This document shows positions 1 through 14,970 of a stretch of 64,000 nt of DNA, one piece after another (position 1 is the first letter of the stretch; each line of letters begins with the position of its first letter). Made by a program: the position numbers and the translations under genes. The DNA is from Bigelowiella natans CCMP2755 (lineage: Eukaryota > Protista > Cercozoa). The DNA is taken from the NCBI GenBank assembly GCA_000320545.1, contig ADNK01000697.1, positions 62,001-126,000 on the forward strand. The letters run 5' to 3'. The notes under the pieces are model-generated. The model saw only the letters and a program-made list of their open reading frames with translations, ran no database searches and was not told where the DNA came from.

Positions 1-651
1 AATAGAATCCAATAGTCTCGTAGAGCCGTCAACCTCCTCATCATCCAAGTACATAGCTGTACCATCATTATCATCGTCGTCGTCGTCGTCATCATCTTCA
101 TTGTTGACACCCGGTCAGAGGCAGATTCTCAACACACTTCTCAAAGATGACCCAGCGTCCTCCCTTCTTCCACCCTCTTTCCCACACGGATTAATAACAA
201 CAAAAAATCTAAGAAAGAACAAAGAACTGGACAGCATAATCGCATATAGGGTCGCCGCTTGATAGATTGTTGTTGCACGAGATTTTAGGAATGTTGTGTG
301 ATAGTTTTAGAAATGATTCTGTAAAATCAATGCGGTAGTAGCGGCGAATCATGTCGCATGATGCCAGTGAACAAAAAACTTGACTTATCGACCGCCAATA
401 GCTTAAAGCGAAACTTTTCCTTGTTCTCGAGACTTTACCAACTAGATATGCTGTAAATGCGATTCTCTAGTTTTTCTAATTTCGGACTATGGTTATGTGG
501 CTATGTGTAATGTGTGTTAATTATTATATATACAAGAGGGGTGCTGGCGGGAGGCAGATTGAGTATTTGGTGAGATGGAAAAGACTATCCGACATTCATG
601 CATCATGGGAACCTCACAGTCAGGTACTGAGGATCAACACACTCATATTTT

Positions 652-688
<37 letters not shown>

Positions 689-801
689 CTGCTGGCTGAT
701 GTGTGAACAATAAACGTTATATATAAGAGGAACTGCTAGGTAGTGTGGAATCTTTCGATTTGATTCCGAATTTAGGGCGATGAAGTCTCCCTGCTGGCGA
801 C

Positions 802-834
<33 letters not shown>

Positions 835-2449
835 CAGCCAAGCAGACAAAAACAAAAATGTTTCCCTAATGAAGACAATGAATCTGGAAATTACTCCTGT
901 CCTTCTTCGTGTAATGTGAAGCACCTACCTATTATTATTACTATTATTATATGTTCTACTAGATCAAGGGCATGATGGCAGCAGCAGCAAACACGATAGA
1001 CCTAAAAGCTGTTCCACTGATGAGAAAAGGTGAAGGAGTATTTTTGGTTGTTCGCTACTACTACAAGTTATTACATATACTGTAGATACAGATTGTGCCT
1101 CAGGATTACTACCGGCAAATATTGCTGAAACACACATACATTTTGGAACATTTCGACAAGAAGCAAGACCCAACAACGTGATCGTCCTTTTATGATTTTG
1201 GAAATTTGCAATTTGCAACAGCACTCTACTAATCCTTCTTTCTCTCCCCCACCTCCTCCTCTCCTCCTCTCCATTTCATTCGCTGTATTATTCGTCATTC
1301 CAGGAGGGACTTCTACAGCGCAGTCGCTGTTGTCAAATCCGCCATTTTCATGCGAAATAGAGCGGATTCTCACGCATATTGAAAGCCCTTCCATCAAAGG
1401 GCATGGGCAGCAGAATGATGATGATGATGAGGAGGAGGAGAAAACAACAGATGACGACGCTGAGACAGAGGACGAGAATGATGATGGTGATGGAGGAGGA
1501 GATCAATTTGCTAATAGAAGAAGTAGAGAAAGAAGAGAGAATGGTGCTGATGGTAAAGATGAAAATAGAACTACTTCCAAAAGCGACGACAAGGATAGAA
1601 ATGTTGTTATTAGAAGATCAGCATCAGACCTAGCAGAATATGGTGCTAGTAAAGCTGTTAACGATGGCAATGGTAGTAGAGGTGATGATGATGATGATAA
1701 TGATGATGATGATGGAGCAACAACAGGGATAGATAGCACCAACAGAAGACGAAGGAGGAGAAAGAGAGAAATGCTACAAGCAGCCGATCTTGCATCTCCA
1801 TTTCCTACTCTCCCTTCCTCCTCTGTATCATCATCATCATCGTCGTCGTCGTCATGTAATGCAACCAAGAGCAAAAAGAACCACCAGTCTATTACTGCTA
1901 CTACCACTACCACTAGTGCCGCTACTACTACTACTACTACAACTTCTACTACTACTACTCCTACAAGCACTAAAAGTTGTTACTGCTACTATCTGGTGAA
2001 ATGGAAGCGGAAGGGCTACGAGTACTGTAGTTGGGAGATCGGAGCTGATCTTACCAGCAACCGCACTACCACAGATACTGTACTTATTGCCTATACATAC
2101 AGCACCCAACCCATTAACACCAACAACAACATATCATCGCAATGTTAACGCTAGCGTGAGATCATTTATGTCGTCTTTTTCTTCTTCAAAGTGATCAATG
2201 CAGTGCTCGCTGCAGAGTTAGGAGTAAGATGATATAGTATATAAAAATATTTTTAAAACTTGTACTTTTTGTTGCCATCAAGCAGCATTTCCATGATAAC
2301 TAGCATCATCATTCTCATCAATATTGTTCAATTCAAACAGAACAATAATACAGTTGCCTCCTGTTTAACAGAAACTCGCCTTGTCAATGCTGCAGAGGTA
2401 TTGGAGAATGATTAAGTGCGACTTCATCAATCCGAGGTACTGCGTAGGC

Positions 2450-2482
<33 letters not shown>

Positions 2483-2579
2483 TGTGTGTACAGGATCGAT
2501 GGAGATATAGAGCGATCTGTACAATCTACCACCAATTTATTGATGTAGTAGTAGCTGTTGTAGAGACTATAGGTTGCTG

Positions 2580-2623
<44 letters not shown>

Positions 2624-2805
2624 CTGACGTGGTTCTCTCCCTCCTAGATATATCATGATGAAAATGGCACGTTCGATCATCTCCAAGGCTGATATGCACC
2701 ATATCCAATGGGTGATGAATCGCTGTATGAGGAATCTCAACTCCATCCTCATCACGAGGTAGTAGTAGTAGTAGCAGTAGTAGGGTAGGATAGGTTTCTT
2801 CTGCT

Positions 2806-2836
<31 letters not shown>

Positions 2837-3759
2837 ATGACGGAAATGAGACTACAACGACGACGGCGAGTGCATCATAGCACTACTACTACTATATAGT
2901 AATAGTAATAGTAGTAATATACTGGCGTGGCGGTATAAATAAAACAAAAAATCCAAGATGAAACGTTGCTGCAAATGTGCAAAGAGGAGTTCAGCTCTAC
3001 TACTACTACTATAGCATACTAATGAGAGATGATGCTGATGATGATGATAATGATGATATACTCAACTCTTTCTTTTCGTAATTGGTTTTCATAATAATGA
3101 TATATTGTTTTATATTTGATTTAGCACTGGGCGAATGAAGCTTGTAGCTTCGCTTATGGTCCTCATGAGACTCAAACAAGTCACGCATCAAGCTAAATGC
3201 TTTACACAGGGAAATATCGGTCGTCAATATCACAACCTGTTGTAGTGTACATTGCTGCTCTTGCTGTGCTCAGATACGTGTACTTCTACTTGTGAGGACG
3301 ATGATGATGATGATGATGATGATAATGATGATTATAATGAGTGGTGTGAGCTGATATTTGCGATGATTGTATAAACAGAAGAGAAAGTACACCTGAAACA
3401 GTCACAGCATAAGAAGAACGTTGTAGGAAAGGATGGTCTACTATCACCCTCGTCACCTTCTTCCTCCTTTTCTTCTTCTTCTTCTTCTTCTTCTTCGACT
3501 GATCATCCTTGTCCATTGCTCATCATCACCGATGATGATAAATGCAGCAAGTGGCAGGAGACTCTACATGATCTCACGAATTTGTATGTAGTTAGTAGTA
3601 ACTTGTAGTGTCGGACTTTCTTTTATCACCAGTAGTAGTAGTAATAGTAGTAGTACTAGTAATATTATCAGTACACTCTAATCATGAGCTTCGCTGTTCC
3701 ATATCGATTTGTAGCAGCATCGAGGAGAAGTCTTATATCAATGCTTGTGTATGGTGTAT

Positions 3760-3796
<37 letters not shown>

Positions 3797-4657
3797 ATAT
3801 TAATTCTTTTATTTCTTCTAAGTACTTGTCCGCAATGTTATCAGTATTGCTGTTGTTCACAATTTGTGATTCTAATTCCCCTTCCCTCCTCCTCCTCCTC
3901 CTCCTTCAGAATTGTTTTGTCGTACAACGGATCACCGCAGGCAAGGAAGATCATCCAAGAGTTTGACCTGAAAGCAGCCACGATGAGGAGGAGGAGGAGG
4001 AGGAAGAGGAGCATCAGCAGCAGAAGGATTCACCACCACAAAAAGGCGAAAGGAGGAGGAGGAGGAGGAGGAGGAGGAGGAGGACAGCACCAAAGAGCAT
4101 TCACATTTGACGTGGTCCGTATATGAAATAATGTGATGATATTTGAAGAAGATAACGTAGTAGTAATAATGGTGGAAACGGTGATGATGATCAAATATGC
4201 TCGGTAGTATTAATAATAGCTCTTCTTCACTCGTACATATATCCTTACATATTATACTTAAACTACTACTAATTTCGCAAGGGTTATACCGCCACCACCA
4301 CCACCACTACCATCCAGGCACCTATCTAAATATACTTCTATATTGTGTTTTAGGTTGTTGCAGGGAAAAAAGCAGTCATGCAGGACTTCGACTTTATCAA
4401 GAACTTTTGTAAATATGAATTGCTGGTAGGAACGATTAGTTAGGATGATGGTGGGTGAATCTAGAAGATTGACCTCATCATCATCATCATCATCGCTTAT
4501 TTTGGTAGACAACAACTCGACGTGAGTTATGATTTATGATAAGAATGATGTTGGTAATGATATGATATCAACTATTCTCTATGGACTAATACTACTCGTA
4601 GTTGGGAATAATCAAGCTTCTACGAACAAATAGAAGTAAACACACACATACACACAC

Positions 4658-4698
<41 letters not shown>

Positions 4699-5139
4699 TG
4701 GTTGATATCATGGCCAAACCTCTAAGCTCGGATTTCTTATTCAAAACCAAAGGCAGGGGCGGCACTAGGAAGTCTCTCTCTTTGCAGTTGGTAGCAGCAG
4801 TAGCAGTAGTAGTAGTATGTGTACTAGATAAACGCATTCGTTAGCAACAACCAGTGCTGCTGCGATGATCATTAATATAGTAATTATCATCATCGTCATC
4901 ATTGTCAGTCCCCGTTATTATCCCCATCATCATCCTCCTCGTCCATTAATCATTCATTGATCATCATGTCTTCTTCTTCTTGTTCTTGTTCTTCTTCTTG
5001 TTCTCTAGGCATCTAGTCTGAGATATAAGCACGTAGTGGTGCTATGTTCCACACCGCTCATCTACAAGGAGGAGGAGGAGAAGGAGGAGAAGGAGGGGGG
5101 CACCACTGCTGCTACTAATGGTACTAGTACTACTACTAG

Positions 5140-5174
<35 letters not shown>

Positions 5175-5567
5175 GAATGGCGACAATGATGATGATGATG
5201 ATGACGATGGTGGTGGTGATGATCGTGGTTCTGGTTCTCCAGTAGAACGTTGGTAACATTAGCCGTACTCCTTGCCATAACAGTAGTAGTAGCAGCAGCA
5301 GCAGCAGTAGTAATCATCATCGTCGTGGTCTTTCTCGTCTTGCACGTACTAGGGACGTTCTGCAGCAGCGGAATCGAGGAGAAAGTAGGAACATTTAGGC
5401 AGCAGAGGCAGCATCTAGCAGCAGTCGAAATCCTCGCCTTCATGGTAGCCAAAGTAGTAGTAGTACTAGTGTGCCATTCTGATGTGGGTATATTTGGTCA
5501 AGATTGTGGCGACGACGACGATGATAATGATGATGATGATGATGATAGCATCAGTATTATTCATTTT

Positions 5568-5600
<33 letters not shown>

Positions 5601-5684
5601 TTTCATGATTCATGAATCATCATAACCACCAATAATGACCATATCCTCCCTCAATATATGCATATATTCACCAATCAACCAACC

Positions 5685-5720
<36 letters not shown>

Positions 5721-6883
5721 AATACCAGCTACACACCATCAGGAACACAACAAGACAAGATCTACTACTACTTCTGCTAGCTGTAGTAGTAGATCTGACA
5801 ATAATAACAGTTCAGCAGTTGGCCACTCTGCTGCTGATGCTGCTGCTGCAACCCGCCGCCCCCGTAATAACTGCTAGAGGAGGAGGAGGAGGAGGAGGAG
5901 GAGGAGGAGGAGGAGGAGGGCAAGATAGCAACAACGGTGATGATCACGATAGTACTACGAAGCGACTCACACTCATGAAAAGAAACAGGAAAATCAAGAT
6001 GTTTTCCAGGGTTGCGACAACGATTATTCAAAAGACTGGAATAAAGCTGACAACAGCAACGACGAAGACTACGAATACACAGAGAGCAGCAGCACCACCA
6101 GCAGCAAATTCCAAAAGCAAGGAAACGCAAAGGGGTGTTGACGTCAGTAATAGTAGAAGAACGGCCCCCATTGTTAACAACAACAACAACAACAACAAGC
6201 ACGCAATAAGAAGAAGAAAGACAGGTGGTGTGCCTATACCTCAACATCATCGCTTAGCATCTACTAGCATCAATGCTGGTGGTACTGCTGCTGCATTGGC
6301 TGCTAGTTCCAACAACAGGGCCATAATCCCCACTTGTTCTCCTTCTTCTACTGCTGCTGCTGCTACTACTTCTACTACTACTGCTGCTACTGCTACCCGG
6401 CTCTTGTATGAAGGAGGAGGAGGAGGAGAAAGAACAGCATCATCATCATCAGCAGCATATCGTCGTCGTCGTGACCATCAGCAACTACCATCAGCATCTC
6501 CTCCTCCTCCCCATCATCATTATCATCGCTATTCTGGATGGGGGTATGATCTGAAGAAATCGTTCAAGATGGGAGAAGGAGGATTAAGTGGAAAAGAAGC
6601 TGCTGTGGATAGGAGACGGAGCAGCACGAGTAGTAACAGTAATGTGGTGAATAATGCTGTTGCCAGTATTGCAGCAAAGAGCTCCTTCTCCTCCTCCTCC
6701 TCCCCCCCCTCTTTGATCATGCAGCAACAGATGTCGTGGCTGAGAGCGGGGGAGGAGCATTTGAGGCAGCAGCAGCAGCAGCAGCAGCAGCTACTTAAGC
6801 AGTTTCGAGGTACTCCTTCGTCATCGTCACAACCTAATCGAAGCAGCTCCTCCTCCTCCTCCCCAGCTTCCATCTCCAGGTAA
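1..6883 (+). CDS. CHD-like protein, 5'-partial and multi-exon: two chromodomains, a degenerate SNF2 N-lobe and a low-complexity tail. The 3' end is uncertain (up to about 7270).
   Basis: Chromodomain motifs: ELDSIIAYR/IEYLVRWKRLSDIHASWEP (~225-620) and EIERIL...YYLVKWKRKGYEYCSWE (~1354-2037). Later exons follow SNF2 order: HIQWVMNRCMRNLNSILIT (~2700-2757), IVLSYNGSPQARKIIQEFDL (~3911), AFTFDV, KKAVMQDFDFIKNFCKYELL|VVDIMAK (~4354-4720) and HVVVLCSTPL (~5030). Confidence 0.7.
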
Positions 6884-7559
6884 TGGTGATGGTGATGATG
6901 ATGATGATAATGATGATGATGATGATAATGATGATGATGATGACAATGATGAGAACACTGATGACACCATCATCCATCATCAATATATGGTGATAATGCT
7001 ACAAAGATCAATCATACTGGGCTCTACTCTTCTTAAGAAAATAACAAAACGCAACTTGTTCACACCCATAAAAACAATCAGTGAAGATGCGTTATTAAAC
7101 ACCTCAGGAGGGGCACCAAGACCGGGAGAAAGAGTGGGAGTAGTAGTAGGAAATTCCGTGATATGCTGTTGTCGAAGTTGATGGAAGTGTCAGACATTGA
7201 TGCAGATAACGCAAAGGTCATCGGGGTAATTGGGTTGATGGCGAACGCAGTGTTCGAGCTAGACTCAACGTAGTAGTAGTAGTAGTAGTAGTAGTAGTGT
7301 CACTGATGCAAGTTGTTGTTATTGCTGTTATTATTGTCACATTGCTCTCCCGATGGAATGATGTCGATTGATAATAAGGATGTAGTAACTGAGTAGTAAG
7401 CTCTAGAGTTTATTACCTAATAAGTCGCTGTTGGTCGTGCTTTACCTGCGTTGTTTCAATCGATGAAACTAAATCGCCGAGTACCTAGCAAATGAAGTCA
7501 TCTTCATTCACTATCTGCACCGTTTTCTCGCGTATTGTATTTGCGATTGTGCGTCGCGA

Positions 7560-8053
7560 TGACGATCGCCACTTATGCTTACCTGGCTGTGCTGTGTGTT
7601 GTAGCTCGCTCTAGCTAGACATGCAGCAGATGAGAAGCATTCGAGCGCCAGCAAAATGAATGTCGCTAAGTGCTTAATTTATGAGTACCTCGCATATAGT
7701 GCACGCACATGGCAGCTCCCTCCCGCTGCAGAGAATAAAGCTAGAAAGTACGCAATGTGCTAAACACGAATTTGCACACTCATTTGGCTAATCCGCACGC
7801 AAGCAAGTGTGCTAATCTCCAGAGCTAGCCAAGCGAATCGAATTATTCGAGCGCACGCTTGCAGAACAATAAAAGTAGAGAGTGCCATGCATGTGACATT
7901 TGCGTGTTGTGGCTGTCTTCTGCACCATGTTGCACGGTGTCACCAAAGTTGCGTGCAGAAAATGACCAGCAAGCCAGCAACATTCGACAGCAGCGTACGA
8001 ACCAAATAATTTATTTCAAAATCATGCACACGCATTACGCATTATGCATTACA

Positions 8054-8092
<39 letters not shown>

Positions 8093-8160
8093 GCGCGCGC
8101 ATCTGGACATGCATGTTTGCGCGTGCGTAAGTGCTTAGCTAGCTAGAGTTGTTTGGTATG
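7560..8160. other. TpA-depleted, TG/CA/CTAG-rich intergenic tract (convergent gap)
   Basis: No TA in about 7880-7995. Contains ctagctag, catgcatg and (CA)n running into (CG)n. Confidence 0.6.
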
Positions 8161-8208
8161 ATCTAGAACGATTTAACGAGCACAGTATTAGCCAACCCGC
8201 TTTCCTTA

Positions 8209-8613
8209 TTATTCATGCAGTGACATGTAGTCGAACATATTCTCACGATTGAGTATAGCACGTTCCGCCCCTTCGATCAGATGTTCATAAGCTTTCCGAT
8301 GAGAAAGTCCCTTGCAATATGCAATCTCTGCGAAAGAAACAGAACAAAATATAAAATCTCGGACTTGTTTTGTGTGCTCCGTCTCTATGATTCTGACCTC
8401 CTGACGGTCTTCGTCATCGATTGCACGCTCCACCATGATCCGAAACTGGGCATCTACGTCCTCCTAAATAGTATCACGACATTACAATGGTGATAGCGAT
8501 AACTGATGGTGATAGCGACGATGACGGTTACGGCAATGTGCACACATGAATGGAGATGAAAAGGAGATACGGTATCTTAGAAAAAGGGGCCCGATAAGAG
8601 AGAGAAAGAGGGA

Positions 8614-8666
<53 letters not shown>

Positions 8667-9571
8667 GGGACAGGAACATGATACGTCTATAGCGTTATGA
8701 TATATCACACGTGATTCTACTTCTTCTTCTTCTTCTTCTTCTTCTTCGTTGTGCATGCGCGCAGCCCTTCTACTACCTGATCGAATTCCTCATCAGGATC
8801 CATGCCTAATACCTTTGAAGGAAGGAAAACACGTTCATTGCAATGAGACAATGAACACAAAATCGATGGTAAAAGCAAAAAGAATGAAGATGATATTGTT
8901 AGGTATTTATGATGTCTGTAGCAGCAGCAACAACAGATCATCAGGCCTCCTCTCCCTTCTCACATGGGGAACAGCCAAAGGTGTGAGGAGGTCAAATACG
9001 GACAAAACGATGAGTTTAGGATGTTGGAGAAGGCAAATGAAATCACGTAATATAGTGAAGCTATATCTCTTCTTTTTTTTTCTGTAGCAGATTGATCAAT
9101 TCATCTATGCTGTTATCATTCCTCTCCCTCCTCCTCCTCTTCTCTTTCCTCCTACTACAACTTACTGAGTGCATGCACACTACCTTAAGCGATCTTCTCA
9201 CTTCTGGAGTTCGGTAGATTCCTGCAGATGTAGTACTACTTCTACTATCACTACTACTACTAGCCCTCTTCCTTGCATCAACAACCTGTGTAATAGTAGT
9301 AGAAGTAGTAGTAGTAGTAGTGGTGGTAGTAGTAGCAGGAGAAGCAGTAGTAGTAGTGATATATAGAAATAATTTAGCACAGCAGCATTTTCGAGAGAAG
9401 AACATGTTATCGTCGTAGCCATCACCAATCCATGCGTACTACATTATTATTATTATTGTCATTATCATTATCATTGTATGTTGGCAGGAGCAGCAGCTGC
9501 ACTGGTTGGTTGGTTAGCTAATAATACGACCGTAGTATCCGGTGTGCGAATGAACCCTCTGGGATGGTTAT

Positions 9572-9607
<36 letters not shown>

Positions 9608-9814
9608 GTTATATGATGATTACACGTGGCATAATTGACAGTTTGTTCAGCAGTCATTCACTATTATCTATCGGTATTCATTATTCATTAATAGCACAGC
9701 CCCATCCTCCCCCCCCCCCCCCCCCCGTTCGATTTCTAAGCCAAACACCCAAATTGTTATTATGTACTGTTGTCATCATCCTTATTTACAGTATTATTAA
9801 ATGCGCACATGTGT

Positions 9815-9874
<60 letters not shown>

Positions 9875-10177
9875 GGCAAACAAATTCGACCCCATGAGGA
9901 AGTATGATAATGATGATCATCATCGTTGTTATCACAATTGTTGGAATGCACACTGTTACTACCCTGGAGGTCTCGTGGCCATCGCCGAATCAAGGTCAAA
10001 GCTAGCCGCATCATCGTCGTAATCGTTGTCGTTGTACCCTGCAAAGCACAACAACAAGAAGCAACAGGGCAATCATCAGAAACTCAGGCCTACAGCAGCA
10101 AGGTAAACAGCTCATAATGCAGCTAGAAGAACTACTAAAAACCATCATCATCATCGTAGAAGGTTTTACAATACATA

Positions 10178-10217
<40 letters not shown>

Positions 10218-10805
10218 TGTTTATGATCGAATGTCATGACAACCCCAAGCTCTGGTACTACGTCCTCCTCCTCCTCCTTCTCGTGTATAATATTCGAGAG
10301 CAGCCTCGTCATCAGGTTCTTCCTCTTTGGGGGGGTTCCATAGAATATCCTCGGTTTTGGCCTGATCATCGTCAGTCATTTATATATATATATATACATC
10401 GTAGCAGCAGCATGTATATCGGTATATCCCCCCAAAGAGCAGCACATAGACGATGACAAAATAGATTCTACAAATACACGTCGTGTGTATTATCAGTTGT
10501 AGCAGCAGAATGAGTGGGTGGATTATTATTACCGTTTGCCAGAAAGGACGTACCTGATAATAATATGAAATACACACATAACACACATAAATACATAACA
10601 TATAATAAATAAACGAAATGCTCAGTAGCAATTCGTCGTCACTTTCCACCACTACAAACAGAAACAACAGTGTAGTAGTAGTAGTTGTTATTGTAGCACC
10701 ACTAAAAGCACTAAATTCAAACCTCCCCTCACAAGAAACCGCAGGTGATCGTCATCATCATAGTCATCATCATCATCATCATCACCATCACCATCATCTT
10801 CGTCG

Positions 10806-10838
<33 letters not shown>

Positions 10839-11024
10839 CCATCACCATCATCATCATCATCATCATTATTTTGACAGCAGCATACGCAGTAGTTAAGCTT
10901 ACAACCGCCGTATCAAACTCATCGTCTTCAAAGTCCTCCTCATTCAGCAGTTCCATTTCTGTTTACAACAAGAAGAATACGATGGGGTTAATGCCGATGG
11001 TGATGGTGATGACGTCAAGATCAT

Positions 11025-11064
<40 letters not shown>

Positions 11065-11172
11065 TCATACTGTTTTATGTGTTTGGTTCTTACGATATCC
11101 GCCTTCTCCATTCCGCCACTAAAATAAGCATTTATGTCATCACGATCATCGCCACAAATGGTATGATAAGAG

Positions 11173-11205
<33 letters not shown>

Positions 11206-12065
11206 TGTTATCATTTTTATTCTCACGGTAGTAATAAATAACACCTACCTTTTCGTAGAATTGGTCCGCAACTTTCTCCCATTTGAGTCTTTCTTCCTTC
11301 GCCATCTGATCGATCACCGACGCGGTGAGGAGGAGTGATGGAACGTAAAACTTGGTGTGTGCCTTCTTCTTCTTCTTCTTGTTGTTGTTGTTGTTGTTGC
11401 GAGAAATGGCGAGCACCACAAATAGAAATAACAATAACAATACTAACAGTAATAACAATAATATAATGATACTAATGATAATGATAATAATAATAGGTGT
11501 TGTCGTGACGATATGTTATATAATCACCGTCTCTGGATCTTCCTCTACATCATGAATAACCTGACCAGCATATTGTGCATCATCACCATAATAGTAGTCT
11601 CTCTTCAGCTTATTCTACTACTGCTACTACGAGGACTACTACTACTGCTACTACCACTTCCACAAACGCATATGCTGCTACTCTTTCCCTCTCTCCTCCT
11701 CCCCCTCCTATCGAGATAGCGACTTACATCTTCGTTGGGTAGTGGAACAGCTTTTCGTAACGATGGGGCCTGTGAGGTTGAATATCACTCAGTAGTGGTA
11801 GCAGCAGCAGTAGTAGTTGTAGTAGTAGTAGCTATAGAAGAAGAGGAAGAAGAAGAAGAAGATATCCTATTCCACTAGGTCACCAACCATCAATTAATAT
11901 TTGGCAATCGTAGCGACAAGAATGAATGTAGACTATCAATACCACAGGAAGTTCAAGGGATGCATTTTGTCCTCGATTATACGTCTCCAGCTTTGACACA
12001 ACGTTGTCCAAACCAAGCTCTCTGGCACGATTCGTCAGCCAGACGTACCCACGTCTGTATATTGT

Positions 12066-12097
<32 letters not shown>

Positions 12098-12103
12098 ACA
12101 TAA

Positions 12104-12176
<73 letters not shown>

Positions 12177-12687
12177 GTCCCTCCTCCTCCTCCTCCTCAT
12201 TCTTCTTCTTCTTCTAATTCATATGAACGACGACGACGATTACTTACCCTGCATAAGGGTCAAGTCCCAGATCTAAAAGCAGCTCTGCAAACCTATTGCA
12301 TCAATGAGTGAGCACCAGTGTACATCAATTATCATAATCATCATTATCATGTTACTTAACCACTATCATCCTTTTATTATTATTTATCATCACCCCTCTT
12401 GCCCAATATCCACGGCTACATCGAGCTGTGTGCGCTGAGAGAGAAGTATTCAGTCGCACAAACGCCATTGGAACGACAAAGAAGACCACACGACGAGGAG
12501 AGATAGACAACGACAACAAGAAATTCCCAAGCAAACAAGCAAACAACACCGGAGGATGATATATCTCAAATCAAAATGAAATGTTTGTATGATGAAGTGC
12601 CCACTACTACACACAATGTAATCTACAACAATTCGAAATACACACAGCCTCCACCTGTACGCCCCCCCCCCCCAAAAAAAACACACG

Positions 12688-12747
<60 letters not shown>

Positions 12748-14922
12748 TACACATGTTCCAAATGGTATTATCATTTTCACTCTTACTTCCAACGCAGGGC
12801 ATGCAACCCTACCTTCTCAAAATCACTGAATGAGTACGGTTCATGGATATTAATTCCTTCCGTCACAAGGCTACATATATTATTATTATTATTATCATGA
12901 TGATGATGATGATACAATGGTAGAGCATCGAAATCCACGATGATGATAAATGACAAGTGGCGGCTACTACCGATGAAAGAGGCCCGTGTCCCCACTTTGA
13001 ATGGCAAAGGTCACCATATAACGAGGGTCAATGCCCACCTTTAGTATTCATAATACATACATTGCACTGAGTGTGTGTGGTTGTGCTTAAGCGTGTGCGT
13101 GTGAGTGCAGATCTGGCATTACCATTGTTACTCGCGCGCCGTGGTCAATCAGGGCTGAAAACAGTAATATTTCCAAGAAGAAGAAGAAGAGGAAGATATG
13201 ATAGCATCAGTATCTTCGTAACAGCAACAGCACATCTACAAACCGATCATTGTCAACTAAGAGCATGCATATGAGGTGAATTCATTCGTGTGTTGGGCTT
13301 TAATTGTTCGTAAACGCGGTGCTGTGTATCTGCAAACCTACTGCACAGTCGGCATGACCCTAATATCAAGAACAACATCATAATACTAAGAATAACGCCA
13401 AAACCACGCTTAATAATGTTAGTAGCGCATGGCTGATGATGATGATTACTCTAACTTAGCTGATGATGATGATTACTCTAACTTAGCTGATGTTGTTGCT
13501 GTCGCAACCGCCCCACCCACACTACCGATGGTAGTAGTTGGTATATGATAGAATTACCTTCACAACGGCATGAGCTAGGGGGGTCAACGAGAAATCATCT
13601 TTCCGCTAATTTTAGATAGGAGAGGAGGAGGAGGAGGAGGAGGAGGAGGAGGAGGAGGAAGACGGGGGGAAGTGAAACGATGGAAGGCTACAAATACTCA
13701 AAATTAAGTCACCATTAGCACCTCCAAAGAATAAGATCAAAAAAATAATATTACAAAGCCATACTCACTAGTTCTTTATTCACTTACGTAGTTCACATTC
13801 GCCCCCATTTCAACCAGAAGATCGATAATGCTGGGGTGGGAGGGGGAGGGGGGGACCAGGAAGACATCAAATATTAAGCCATACAGATGATCAGATGAGC
13901 TTAGATGACTGCTAGTCTTGATATTGTTGTTGTCATTGTTGATGAAGATGATGGCTACCGTTTATATCCTTTGATTGCTGCTACGCATAATAATCCGCCA
14001 CTACCACCGCTGATGAGTACAAGCCATCATAATAATATTAGCAGCAATATTAGTGGCAGACAAAGTCGTGTGGACTTATTATTCAGAAGGAACAATACGG
14101 TGAAACGTGCAACTTCGCATAACATGCTTCATTGGAGACTCCAACTAGTCCTTGCAATGTTTTGTCTAATCTCTAATCAATAGTGATGATTATCACTCTG
14201 ATCGGGCTAGTTCGTCAATAGCTTCTAAGCTGCTTTGCTTGGTCAGCACATCTAAGGCCTACGGAGAAGGGTCATCAGAAGATTACATCATAATGACTCT
14301 GATGAAAATGACGATGCTGTTTCTTTTGCCTCAGGAGGAATGGTGTGCTTGGTAATGGTGCGTGATTGTAGTTTGTTGTGGCATGCATGCAAATCTCTTT
14401 ATTACGCACTCACATACGTCTTACCTGAGTTTCTGTAAGCTTTGATAATGCGAACAAGCTATCATCTTCTTCGTCTTCAAAATCATCCTGCAAAAATAAA
14501 AATATGGACGATGGTGATTTTCCAAAGTTGTTCTAATCGCTGACGACAGGGTGAATGAGAGGAATAGGGTCACTCATACCTTACCGGAAAAGAGGAAAGA
14601 AAACTCCCCAAACACTATTACTATGTTGCTTTGAGATGTCAATGCAAGATTACATGTGATAGTAGTGGGTAGCAAACCACAGAGAGGAGAGAGAAAAACA
14701 GTCATGAAAAGTAACGACAATAAACATGAATAGATTGGGATGATGGTGAGTCGTAATCGAAGCATACCTCCTCCTCCAGATCTCCAATATAAACATTTGG
14801 CACGATCCACTTTGTGTTTAGTAGCCGGAGTATGAAGAAGGGGAGGTGGATAAGGGAACAAGGATTACACATTGTTGAGAAAAATGAAGAATCCACTTAC
14901 TTGCAACACCTTCCCCCCCTTC

Positions 14923-14970
<48 letters not shown>

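Noticed and set aside
250-490. Non-repetitive intron segment as a MITE
   Set aside because: No terminal inverted repeats or target-site duplication found.
4440-4475. MVGESRRL as the degenerate DEAH box of the CHD-like gene
   Set aside because: It follows an in-frame stop and a GT donor, so it is probably intronic. The next exon (VVDIMAK) continues the motif better.
650-13000. Poly-M, poly-H, poly-I, YIYI, CVCV and RERE ORFs
   Set aside because: Translations of intronic microsatellites.
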